The notes: a model not told the origin generated them from the letters alone. Counted from the stretch's first letter, positions 18,293 through 27,420 are shown. The stretch is DNA of 32,000 nucleotides from Nitrosopumilus maritimus SCM1 (GCF_000018465.1 NC_010085.1:270001-302000), one strand, 5' to 3'. Program-made: numbers and translations.

Positions 18293-18787
18293 TTTTTTCT
18301 TACTTTTAATTTTGTAAATACCAGAACCTACCAATCCAACCATTCCAATTATCAAAATATATGCTGAAACAAAACTAAGTGATTTCTTTCCAGCATCTGG
18401 AAGTGGTCCTATTGCACCAAATACTTGAATATCTTCATTTGAATCAGTTTGAATGATTAATTTGTAAGATCCTGTGTCCGTAATGTCAAATTCTTCTTCA
18501 ATAGTTTCTTCATCTACATTTTTTGATACTATTTCATTACCAAACGGATCTAAAATTTTGGCTGAAACTGTATTCTCCTTAAACTCCATTACTTGTACTG
18601 CAAAAACCCCTGTGGCAGATTCTTCTGAATTAAATTCTCCTGAAATAGTCAGATCTTGACTTGAATTGATTTTCCCATTACCTTGGAAAACACCTTCTAG
18701 AATTACCTGGTTTCCAGCTGCAAGCAAAATTAATCCAACCACAATTAATGTGCCTGAAACAACTAGGATGATTCCAGCCTTTTCCAT
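18284..18787 (-). CDS. two-TM exported/membrane protein of unknown function
   Basis: N-terminal TM (GIILVVSGTLIVVGLILLAAG), beta-rich middle, C-terminal TM (SFVSAYILIIGMVGLVGSGIY) and basic tail. Confidence 0.75.
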   Translation of the reverse strand: MEKAGIILVVSGTLIVVGLILLAAGNQVILEGVFQGNGKINSSQDLTISGEFNSEESATGVFAVQVMEFKENTVSAKILDPFGNEIVSKNVDEETIEEEFDITDTGSYKLIIQTDSNEDIQVFGAIGPLPDAGKKSLSFVSAYILIIGMVGLVGSGIYKIKSKKKSV

Positions 18788-18851
18788 ATTTTTGGCACCT
18801 TTTTCTTTACTTTAAACCTAATTTTTCTAATTTCAAAATTTAGCCCTGTTT

Positions 18852-18891
18852 AACAAAGTTAGATTGGGCTAAGAAAGTTAGCTTAGGTTAA
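18852..18891 (+). promoter_or_regulatory. candidate operator: tandem imperfect 21-bp repeats upstream of the metal ABC operon
   Basis: AACAAAGTTAGATTGGGCTAA (18852-18872) and AAGAAAGTTAGCTTAGGTTAA (18871-18891), 17/21 identical, immediately upstream of TATA-like TTTAAATA. Confidence 0.45.
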
Positions 18892-18925
18892 ATTTAAATA
18901 AACTTTTCACAACTTCTTTTTAGAA

Positions 18926-19897
18926 ATGAAAAAACCGATCATTATTACAACTGTAGTAATTGCAGCAATAATTGCAGGATTGTCATCTACTGTTTTTACT
19001 CAAAACAACAGTTCTGATGAAATTATTCTTAGTGATGCAGAACAATCTGCTGGCAATACTGAAACAATTATGGTTACAACTACCACCAATGTTGTAACCG
19101 ATCTTGTTGAAAATATTGGTGGAGACAATGTGTCGGTTACCGGATTAATGGGACCTGGCGTGGATCCTCATTTGTATCGTCCCAGCGCAAATGATGTAAA
19201 AAAACTTCAGGATGCTGATATTGTATTTTACAATGGTTTAGACTTGGAAGGAAAAATGGGTGACATATTTGTAAAAATAGGACGAGAAGGAACAGCAGTG
19301 TGGGCTGTATCTGAAAATATTTCCCATGAATCACTCTTGAGTCTTGATAATACAGGTCATTTTGATCCCCATATTTGGTGGGATGCAGAATTGTGGATGG
19401 AGGCAGCTAAAGTTGTTGCAACTGGATTAAGTGAATATGATCCAGAAAATTCCCAAGCATATGAAAAAAATCTTCAAGAGTATTTGACACAATTAGAAGA
19501 ACTTGATCAAGATAGTTTAGAGAAGATGAATTCTATTTCCCAAGGACAACGAGTTCTTGTAACTGCTCATGATGCCTTTCAGTATTTTGGTCATGCTTAT
19601 GGTTTAGAGGAGATGGCAATTCAGGGATGGAGCACTGATAGTGAAGCTGGAATAAGAGAGATTCAAAATTTAGCTGATGAAATATCTGAGAGAAAGATAA
19701 AAGCCGTATTTGTAGAAACTACTATTTCTCCTGCCACAATTGAGGCTTTGACTGCTGCAGTTCAGGATAAAGGACATGATGTTGTGATTGGTGGCAAATT
19801 ATTCTCAGATGCCATAGGTGAAAAGGGAACTAGTGAAGGAACCTATGTTGGAGCTTTTACACACAATGTTGAGACAATTGTGAATGCATTGAAATGA
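18926..19897 (+). CDS. Mn/Zn-type ABC transporter substrate-binding protein (ZnuA/MntA/SitA family)
   Basis: VTGLMGPGVDPHLYRPSANDV, NTGHFDPHIWWD, LVTAHDAFQYFGHAYG and VETTISPATIE motifs; N-terminal signal/anchor. Confidence 0.93.
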   Translation: MKKPIIITTVVIAAIIAGLSSTVFTQNNSSDEIILSDAEQSAGNTETIMVTTTTNVVTDLVENIGGDNVSVTGLMGPGVDPHLYRPSANDVKKLQDADIVFYNGLDLEGKMGDIFVKIGREGTAVWAVSENISHESLLSLDNTGHFDPHIWWDAELWMEAAKVVATGLSEYDPENSQAYEKNLQEYLTQLEELDQDSLEKMNSISQGQRVLVTAHDAFQYFGHAYGLEEMAIQGWSTDSEAGIREIQNLADEISERKIKAVFVETTISPATIEALTAAVQDKGHDVVIGGKLFSDAIGEKGTSEGTYVGAFTHNVETIVNALK

Positions 19898-20664
19898 TGG
19901 AGCAAAAATCGGTTCGAAGAAACATGAATGACGAACAAACATTTCCAATTGAAATCAAACATCTTTCTGTTACCTATCGTACTGAACCTGCATTATGGAA
20001 TTTAGATCTAAATCTACCTGAAGGACAATTAATTGCAATTGTTGGTCCAAATGGTGCAGGTAAATCTACTTTGATAAAAGCAGTAATGGGATTGGTTCCA
20101 ATCACTGCAGGCAAAGTAAGCATTTATGGAAAACAATATTCAAAACAAAGAAGCAAAGTGGCGTATGTTCCACAACGTGGAACTGTTGATTGGGATTTCC
20201 CTACTGATGCATTAGATGTTGTAGAGATGGGGCTTTATGGAAAACTTGGATGGTTACGTCGTCCTAATTCTCAAACAAAAGAGAAAGCAAGAGAATGTTT
20301 GGAAAAAGTTGGGTTAAAGGATTATGCAGATAGACAAATTGGTCAGTTGTCTGGAGGCCAACAACAAAGAGTATTCCTTGCAAGAGCTTTGGCCCAGGAT
20401 CCTCAAATTTATCTTATGGATGAGCCATTAAACGGAGTTGATGCAATTACAGAAGAGACAATACTCTCAATTCTTGAGGATCTAAAAAAAGAAGGAAAGA
20501 CAATTGTGATGGTTCATCATGATCTGCAAACTGTGGACAAGTATTTTGATTGGGTTGTAATGCTAAATAGGAATCTGATATCTGCTGGACCAATAAAAGA
20601 AGTATTTACAAAAGAAAATTTGGATATTGCGTATCAAGAAAAACAACGCATGTCTATTCAATAA
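19894..20664 (+). CDS. metal ABC transporter ATP-binding protein
   Basis: Walker A GPNGAGKST, signature LSGGQQQR, Walker B IYLMDEPL, H-loop; overlaps the SBP gene by 4 bp. Confidence 0.96.
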   Translation: MMEQKSVRRNMNDEQTFPIEIKHLSVTYRTEPALWNLDLNLPEGQLIAIVGPNGAGKSTLIKAVMGLVPITAGKVSIYGKQYSKQRSKVAYVPQRGTVDWDFPTDALDVVEMGLYGKLGWLRRPNSQTKEKARECLEKVGLKDYADRQIGQLSGGQQQRVFLARALAQDPQIYLMDEPLNGVDAITEETILSILEDLKKEGKTIVMVHHDLQTVDKYFDWVVMLNRNLISAGPIKEVFTKENLDIAYQEKQRMSIQ

Positions 20665-20679
20665 CATAAAAGATGTAGA

Positions 20680-21624
20680 ATGGTTTTAGAAGAAATACTG
20701 ACTATCTTTGTAGGGATTTTTACTGATTATACTCTCAGGTATGTTGCTCTTGGTTCTGCTATTTTAGGAATAACTAGTGGTGCTTTGGGATGTTTTACTG
20801 TTCTACGAAAACAGAGCTTGTTTGGGGATGCTTTAGCTCATGCTGCATTACCAGGTATTGGATTTGCGTATCTTTTTGCTGGAACAAAAGATTCACTGCT
20901 CTTGATGTTGGGAGCTGCAGTGTTTGCATGGTTTGGTGGAATTGTTACATTGACAATTACAAGTACTACAAGAATAAAGCAAGATGCAGCACTTGGAATA
21001 ACCCTCTCAGTTTTTTTCGGTCTTGGAATTGTTCTTCTTACATACTTGCAGAGTATTGGAGGTGCAAGTCAAGGTGGATTGGATAGATTTCTTTTTGGAC
21101 AAGCAGCTGCTTTGATAGAAACAGATATCATAAATCTAGGAATTTTGGCAGCAGGATGTTTTGTAGTTCTGATAATATTTTTCAAAGAGCTAAAAATTGC
21201 AACATTTGATAGTGTATTTGGACAAAGTTTAGGTTTTCCAACAAAATACTTTAGTGCATTATTAACATCTGTAATAGTTGTAGCAGTTGTTATTGGTCTG
21301 CATACTGTTGGTGTAGTCTTAATGGTTTCAATGCTTATAGCTCCTGCGGCTGCAGCAAGGCAATGGATATCTAGTTTGAAAAGTATGTTGATTCTTTCTG
21401 CTATATTTGGAGGTGTAAGTGGTGTGATTGGTTCTATGATTAGTAGTACTACAGAAGGAATGTCTACAGGCCCTGTTATTGTAATTACAATTACTACCAT
21501 ATTGGGCATCTCTCTTTTCTTTTCTCCAAAAAATGGATATCTTTTCCAATACATCCGTAAGAGAAAACAGCGTCAAAGTAACTTTAATGAAATCAATACT
21601 ATTTCAGGAGAAAACTCAAATTGA
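20680..21624 (+). CDS. metal ABC transporter permease (ZnuB/MntC family), first copy
   Basis: Multi-TM; SLFGDALAHAALPGIGFAYLF, VGVVLMVSMLIAPAAAARQW. Confidence 0.93.
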   Translation: MVLEEILTIFVGIFTDYTLRYVALGSAILGITSGALGCFTVLRKQSLFGDALAHAALPGIGFAYLFAGTKDSLLLMLGAAVFAWFGGIVTLTITSTTRIKQDAALGITLSVFFGLGIVLLTYLQSIGGASQGGLDRFLFGQAAALIETDIINLGILAAGCFVVLIIFFKELKIATFDSVFGQSLGFPTKYFSALLTSVIVVAVVIGLHTVGVVLMVSMLIAPAAAARQWISSLKSMLILSAIFGGVSGVIGSMISSTTEGMSTGPVIVITITTILGISLFFSPKNGYLFQYIRKRKQRQSNFNEINTISGENSN

Positions 21625-22727
21625 TAGAGATATCTAATGATCTAATTATTATTGGAACTGCTGTACTAGTTGCAGCAAATTGTGCATCAATTGGAACTTT
21701 CTTAGTTTTAAGACAAATGGCCATGATGTCTGATGCCATTAGTCATGCTGTATTATTAGGAATAGTAATTGCCGTGTTTATGGTTGGAGGTCGAGAAACT
21801 ATTCCCGTAATAGTTGGAGGTGTACTGTCTGGTATCTTGACTGTTTCAATTGTAGAGATGCTTTATCGTACAGGTAAACTAAAACAAGACAGTTCCATTG
21901 GCATCGTCTTTCCATTTCTTTTTGCAATTGGTGTGATACTTGTCACACAAGCTGGTAATGTACACATTGATGCACAACATGTACTGTATGGTTCAATTGA
22001 ATTTGTACCATTTGACACACTATATCTTGATGAAATTAACATAGGTTCAAAATCTCTTTGGGTTCTTGGCGTTTTAGCAATTGCAAATATTTCTTTTATT
22101 GCAATTCTATACAAGGAACTAAAAATTAGCACTTTTGATGCTTCAGTTGCAGTAAGTGTTGGATTGATGCCCATGTTGATTCATTATTTGTTAATGATAA
22201 TGGTAGCTACAACTGCTGTTGTTGCTTTTGAATCAGTTGGTGCAATACTTGTCATTGCATTTTTCATAGTTCCTGCGTCTGGAGCTTATCTGTTAACCGA
22301 TAGATTATCTCATATGATAGCACTATCTGTAACACTGGGAACTATTAGTGCTATTGCAGGTTATCTGTTTGCAGTCTTACTTGATGTGTCGATAGCAGGC
22401 TCAATGGCCACAATTGCTGGTGCCATATTTGGATTAATCTGGGTATTTGCACCAAATCGAGGCTTGATTAGCAGATGGAGACGTATTACAAAACAAAGAT
22501 TCGAAATAGATTTGGGAATAGTTCTAACTTTCATTCAAGATGAGCTTAGCGCTAATCGTCAAGTATCCACTTCAACTTTATCGAATGCATTAGGGTGGAC
22601 AATAGATTACTCGAAAAAACTAAGTGAATTTATTCAAGAAAAAAAATTTATAGAAAAAGATGTTAGTGGAAATCTAATTCTAACAGTACTAGGACAAAAA
22701 AAGGCAAAGAACTACTCAACAACTTGA
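21621..22727 (+). CDS. metal ABC transporter permease, second copy, with C-terminal wHTH-like extension
   Basis: MMSDAISHAVLLGIV and GAILVIAFFIVPASGAYLL permease motifs; TTG start overlapping the upstream TGA; C-terminal about 80 aa (DLGIVLTFIQDELSANRQVSTSTLSNALGWTIDYSKKLSEFIQEKKFIEKDVSGNLILTVLGQKKA) looks like a winged helix. Confidence 0.9.
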   Translation: MIEISNDLIIIGTAVLVAANCASIGTFLVLRQMAMMSDAISHAVLLGIVIAVFMVGGRETIPVIVGGVLSGILTVSIVEMLYRTGKLKQDSSIGIVFPFLFAIGVILVTQAGNVHIDAQHVLYGSIEFVPFDTLYLDEINIGSKSLWVLGVLAIANISFIAILYKELKISTFDASVAVSVGLMPMLIHYLLMIMVATTAVVAFESVGAILVIAFFIVPASGAYLLTDRLSHMIALSVTLGTISAIAGYLFAVLLDVSIAGSMATIAGAIFGLIWVFAPNRGLISRWRRITKQRFEIDLGIVLTFIQDELSANRQVSTSTLSNALGWTIDYSKKLSEFIQEKKFIEKDVSGNLILTVLGQKKAKNYSTT

Positions 22728-22744
22728 TATGATCTCTAGGTTTT

Positions 22745-24097
22745 TTATTCTGGTTCTGGATGAATTGTAATTACCGCATTTTTGATTTCTTCTCTTATAA
22801 TATGCTCAATCTCTGATGTCAAGTCGTGAACCTTTTCAATTGATAGTTCCTTATCAAATGAACAATCAATGTCAATTTTGAGTATATTTTTAAAGTTTAG
22901 TGAGACTATTCTTCCAATTTTCTTAATTTCAGAATATTTCTCTAAAATTATCTTTATTTTTTCCTCAGTAATTTTGTCTTCTAGATCAAAATTTTCTGGA
23001 ACTGTAACAAATGGTTCCAAGTGAATTGTGGCGTGTTCTATTTCTGGAATATTTTCTTGTATTTTCTGTTCTATAATTTCAGAGATTTTGTGAGCTAATG
23101 ATAGATTTATCTCTCTATCAACCATTACATGCAAATCTGAAAATGTTCTTCCTTTAGTTTTATGAGTACTTACATTGTGCACCCCTCTTACTCCTTCTAC
23201 ACTTTTTGCAATATCTAGAATTTTTGCATCTAATGGAACATCTTCCCAATTGGGCTCAAAATGGATTGTAATTGAAGCATTTGGAATTTTATTTTTGATA
23301 TTTTTTTCTACATTACTGCTTATCTCATGCGCTCTATCAAAACTTGTGTCTCCTCTTAATGATATTGTAACATCTGCAAAAGTTGTATCTCCCGAACGTC
23401 TCATTAGTATTGGATCTGCACCAATAACTCCTTGAGTTGATGTGGCAATGTCTCTAACATTTTTGACAAGTTCTGGTGAAATAATATCTGTTAAATCAAG
23501 AGCTGTTTTGTAAACTAGTTTGACACTAAGTACTGCTAATAATCCACCTAAAATTAATGCTGCAAAAAAGTCACCATGATACAAACCATAAGACACCAAA
23601 ACAATTCCAATAATTGCTACTAGTGTTGAACCAAGATCCATAAATGCATGATAGAAATCTGCTTTGAGAGTAGTACCTCCTATTTTTTGGATTGATCTTC
23701 TCAAAAGAATTATTCTAAATATGTCGACTCCTATTGTGTATAATCCGCCAATTATTGCAAACATTCCTGGTAGTATGTTTGGTGGTGGACTTTGAATTCT
23801 GTGAATTGACTCGTAAATGAAAAAACATGCAATCAGAAAAATTGCTATTCCTCCAATTAATCCCCCTAATGATTCAATTTTTCCATGGCCATAGGTATGT
23901 TCTGCATCTGGTGGTTTTATTGCCATTCTTGCAGCTAAAAGTAACACAAGAGTTACTACACTGTCAAGTAATGCATGAATACTGTCTGTGATAAGTGCCA
24001 AACTATTGGAAACAAGACCGAAAACCAATTCTACTAAAAATGCTGAAAAAATAGCCAAAAGTGAAATCTGTAATACCTTGGTTCTTTGTACAAACAT
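22745..24097 (-). CDS. cation diffusion facilitator (CDF) family transporter with repeated C-terminal domains
   Basis: CDF signature ALITDSIHALLDSVVTLVLL...HTYGHGKIESLGGL, second metal site KADFYHAFMDLGSTL; three regulatory-like repeats each ending in HxEP or HPEP. Confidence 0.93.
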   Translation of the reverse strand: MFVQRTKVLQISLLAIFSAFLVELVFGLVSNSLALITDSIHALLDSVVTLVLLLAARMAIKPPDAEHTYGHGKIESLGGLIGGIAIFLIACFFIYESIHRIQSPPPNILPGMFAIIGGLYTIGVDIFRIILLRRSIQKIGGTTLKADFYHAFMDLGSTLVAIIGIVLVSYGLYHGDFFAALILGGLLAVLSVKLVYKTALDLTDIISPELVKNVRDIATSTQGVIGADPILMRRSGDTTFADVTISLRGDTSFDRAHEISSNVEKNIKNKIPNASITIHFEPNWEDVPLDAKILDIAKSVEGVRGVHNVSTHKTKGRTFSDLHVMVDREINLSLAHKISEIIEQKIQENIPEIEHATIHLEPFVTVPENFDLEDKITEEKIKIILEKYSEIKKIGRIVSLNFKNILKIDIDCSFDKELSIEKVHDLTSEIEHIIREEIKNAVITIHPEPE

Positions 24098-24183
24098 CTT
24101 ATTTTCTAATAATCTATATCACGTATTACAAGTTTCTAAGTAGGAATCATACGATAACGTTATTTGGAAAGAGACTTCATTTT

Positions 24184-27100
24184 TTGATATTGGATAAAAA
24201 TTGGCTATTTTTGCTAGGAATTTTCTCATTAATTCTAATTCCATCCATGAATGCTGATGCATCTAGTAATCCAAATCTTTCAGTATCTGCTGAAAATTCA
24301 GAATTTGGTAATCTTTTTGCAGGATCTATGGTAATTGAAGTAGTTATTCGTGATTCCAATATCTCTGACACTGATGAAGGCAAAGGCGAACCTGATGTCA
24401 CCATTAATGGTAAAACACTACGTATGGTTCAAGCTACAGATGGAAATTGGTATGCATATTTTGCAAATGTTGACAAGGCAAAAATTGCTGATGCTACTGT
24501 TGGTTTAACTGGTAAAGGATTAGACTTTGGAGAATTCTGTAGTCGTGATACTACAACATCTGTTTTTGGAATATCTCTAAGTGAAACTGATGGTTTTGCA
24601 ATTCCTAGGCCTGATTCTGTTACTGGATCTACAAACGGCAACTCATCTTTTTCTGAATGCACTTCAAGTCCTACAACCACTTCTAATCATAACAATGTCG
24701 TTAGAAATGCAAAATCAATCAATACAAATTCTAACATATCTGTTGGTCAAATTGGTTTAGATGCTGATGCATGGCCATTAATTCAACTTTATTCTTTTGA
24801 TGACGTAACAATACAATACAATCCTGGCGGACCTTCCCAACAAGTGTATCTTGATTATGATGAAATTGAGAATATCAGTTTAGGACTTGATAGGGAACTG
24901 TATCCTGAAAATTCTGAAGTATTTCTAACTATTAATGACATTCAGCTAAACCAAGATCCAACTGATGAAGACTCTTGGACATTTAATGTTGATTCTACTG
25001 TAAGTACATTTTATCAAGCATTTGATAATTCTGGAAATGATGATGCAAACGGAAATGCTGGATTGGTAAATCTTGTTCCACATCTTTCAAATTTAGGATT
25101 TGACGATAATGGAAAATTATCTCTCAACCTTGGAAATATTATGGAATTAAAAACAAACAATGACCAACCTGATTCTTCTATTGATGCTGATGGAGTGTCA
25201 AATACGTTTTCTAAAATTGTAACCCTAGTTGAACAAGGACCCAACTCTGGAATCTTCTCTAGTTCTGATTCTAATGATCAATCAGTAATCGGTATCAAAG
25301 ATGATGCACCTAGAGGACAATCTGGACAAATAACATACAACCAAAAATCTATTTCGGTAGTCTCTGGTTCTTCTACAGCTTCTGTTTCTTTTGATGATAA
25401 ACCTGTTTTAACAATAGGAAATGGTGACTCACTTAGGCCTGGTACTGAATATCCTGTATTGTTAGTTGATCCTGATCAAAATCTGAATACTGGTGCTAGA
25501 GATGATCTTGATGTCTTTAGAGACTCTGCAATTATTCCAACACTCACAATAGGGAATCCCATAACTTTGGAGAATGCAAACAGTGTTGAATTCCATTCTA
25601 CTTCTCCTACTATCTCTGGAGGTGATGATTCTAATTCATCTGTTCCTGATTCAAATTCTGCTATCTTACTAATTGACACCTCAAATGTCTCTAATGCTTC
25701 TTATGAGATGATATCGATTAATCTGGGTATTTCTGCCTTGTCTTTGGCATCCTCACTCATAGATTCTTCAGAATCTAATACTGATGGAACAAACTGGATA
25801 AATTATGATCTAAGATCTCTTGAAAATGAACTAGGACTTTCTGATTTTAGCAGTACTACATTTGCCCTTGCATTTGGAACCCGTGATTCTACTCAGATTG
25901 TAATTGTAGATGATGGTGATGTGTCGTCTTCTCAAGGATTTATTCAAATTGATAATGATGATGTTGAAAACATTAAAACAAAAACTGGCAATGTTTTTCT
26001 AATCATTGATTTTGATTCTTCTGACACAGTTACAATTTCTAATGAATCAAACAAACTTCCAATGGTTTTTGACTTTTTTTCATTTGGATTAAAAAATGAT
26101 AATAGTATAAACAATTCTATTTATCGTTTTGAACTAGAAGAGACTCGAGATAATTCATCTACATTTGAAGGTAGTCTTGAATATGCAGTTACAAATCAAC
26201 TAAACATAGTTGATCCAAATTTTATTCAAACTATTCAAACAATCGATGATGAAATAAAAATTATCATTACTGATAGATTAATTGATGAAGAAGGAATTGC
26301 AATCTCCTATGCTGATTTAGATTCATCTGGCGTGACAACAACGACTACAAGTAAATCTGATGCTGCAACGCATTCAGGAAATGTTTCTCTAGATTCAACA
26401 ACATTTCGATTTGGGCAACCAGTAACAATTACACTTAGCGACTCTGATCTTAATTTGAAAAGTGATACCGTTGAAATTTATTCAGTGATCAATGATTCAA
26501 ACTCTGCCAACGTTGATACTGTAGGTAAAGACGGGGAAATCTTACTAGAGATTAAAATCAAAGATATTCGTTACAAACGATGTACTGTCAATGGAGTTGA
26601 GCATGGTGGTTTAGCCTCTACTGGATTTACACTTGTAGAAACAGGACCTAGCACTGGAATATTTGCAGGAGTGTTCAAAATGCCATCTCAGATTTGTGAC
26701 AAAACAGGCTCAAAACTAATCTATACCTCTGGTGGAAGTATTGATGTTCGTTATCATGACTCTCGTGATGCTTCTGGAAATGCAAATATTTTCAGTTTGC
26801 TTGATTCAAAGTCATCTGTATCATTTTACACTCCTGCCAAATTAAGCCTAGAAAAAATGGTACTTCCTATGAGTGATTCAAAAGAAATAGTTCTGACAGG
26901 AAGTATTGAAAATCATAAACGAGGAATTCCATTATCTATTGAACTTACAAATCCTGATTACACAAAACAAAACTTTGGCGCGTCTCTAAGTAATAGCGGA
27001 GGTTATCGTTCTGTATTCACTATTAATCCAAATACTTTGCTTGGAACATATTTTGTATCCCTTTCATATGATGGTAAAAACCTTGGAACTCTCTCATTTG

Positions 27101-27375
27101 ATGTAGTTTCTGAAAATGTTCCTGATTGGGTAAAAAATAATGCTCGTTGGTGGTCTTCAAACAATATATCTGATGATGAATTTATTGGTGGAATAGAACA
27201 TCTAATTGAGACAGGAATAATTTCTATTGATTCCTCTGAACAAAATTCGACAGAACAAGAAATTCCCGATTGGATAAAAAATACTGCAAGATGGTGGGCA
27301 GATGATCAGATTCCAGAAGATGAGTTCTTAAAATCGATTCAATATTTGGTCAAAAAAGGTATAATTCAGGTATGA
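24184..27375 (+). CDS. large secreted S-layer-like surface protein
   Basis: Signal peptide (LDKNWLFLLGIFSLILIPSMNADA), EPDVTINGKTLRMVQATDGNWYAYF and LVEQGPNSGIF segments resembling thaumarchaeal surface proteins, and two C-terminal PDW(V/I)KNxARWW repeats. Track ORF starts at 24061; TTG at 24184 or 24190 fits the signal peptide better and removes overlap with the CDF gene. Confidence 0.75.
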   Translation: MILDKNWLFLLGIFSLILIPSMNADASSNPNLSVSAENSEFGNLFAGSMVIEVVIRDSNISDTDEGKGEPDVTINGKTLRMVQATDGNWYAYFANVDKAKIADATVGLTGKGLDFGEFCSRDTTTSVFGISLSETDGFAIPRPDSVTGSTNGNSSFSECTSSPTTTSNHNNVVRNAKSINTNSNISVGQIGLDADAWPLIQLYSFDDVTIQYNPGGPSQQVYLDYDEIENISLGLDRELYPENSEVFLTINDIQLNQDPTDEDSWTFNVDSTVSTFYQAFDNSGNDDANGNAGLVNLVPHLSNLGFDDNGKLSLNLGNIMELKTNNDQPDSSIDADGVSNTFSKIVTLVEQGPNSGIFSSSDSNDQSVIGIKDDAPRGQSGQITYNQKSISVVSGSSTASVSFDDKPVLTIGNGDSLRPGTEYPVLLVDPDQNLNTGARDDLDVFRDSAIIPTLTIGNPITLENANSVEFHSTSPTISGGDDSNSSVPDSNSAILLIDTSNVSNASYEMISINLGISALSLASSLIDSSESNTDGTNWINYDLRSLENELGLSDFSSTTFALAFGTRDSTQIVIVDDGDVSSSQGFIQIDNDDVENIKTKTGNVFLIIDFDSSDTVTISNESNKLPMVFDFFSFGLKNDNSINNSIYRFELEETRDNSSTFEGSLEYAVTNQLNIVDPNFIQTIQTIDDEIKIIITDRLIDEEGIAISYADLDSSGVTTTTTSKSDAATHSGNVSLDSTTFRFGQPVTITLSDSDLNLKSDTVEIYSVINDSNSANVDTVGKDGEILLEIKIKDIRYKRCTVNGVEHGGLASTGFTLVETGPSTGIFAGVFKMPSQICDKTGSKLIYTSGGSIDVRYHDSRDASGNANIFSLLDSKSSVSFYTPAKLSLEKMVLPMSDSKEIVLTGSIENHKRGIPLSIELTNPDYTKQNFGASLSNSGGYRSVFTINPNTLLGTYFVSLSYDGKNLGTLSFDVVSENVPDWVKNNARWWSSNNISDDEFIGGIEHLIETGIISIDSSEQNSTEQEIPDWIKNTARWWADDQIPEDEFLKSIQYLVKKGIIQV
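27118..27372 (+). repeat. two copies of a 37-aa C-terminal motif (protein-level repeat)
   Basis: VPDWVKNNARWWSSNNISDDEFIGGIEHLIETGIISI (27118-27228) and IPDWIKNTARWWADDQIPEDEFLKSIQYLVKKGIIQV (27262-27372). Confidence 0.93.
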
Positions 27376-27420
27376 TCTGGTCAATTTTTCTTTCATTTAA
27401 TACATAAATACCCACAACCC

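Noticed and set aside
20790-21086. 98-aa plus-strand ORF inside the permease gene
   Set aside because: Alternate frame of a well-supported permease with Cys/Trp-rich out-of-frame composition.
21069-21576. Minus-strand ORFs at 21069-21554 and 21328-21576
   Set aside because: Antisense to permease coding sequence; no independent motifs or promoter support.
23175-23435. Plus-strand 86-aa ORF
   Set aside because: Antisense to the CDF C-terminal domains; no support.
24177-25679. Several minus-strand ORFs (24177-24404, 24429-24680, 25014-25244, 25476-25679)
   Set aside because: Antisense to the large surface protein; AT-rich Ser/Asp coding generates long open antisense frames.
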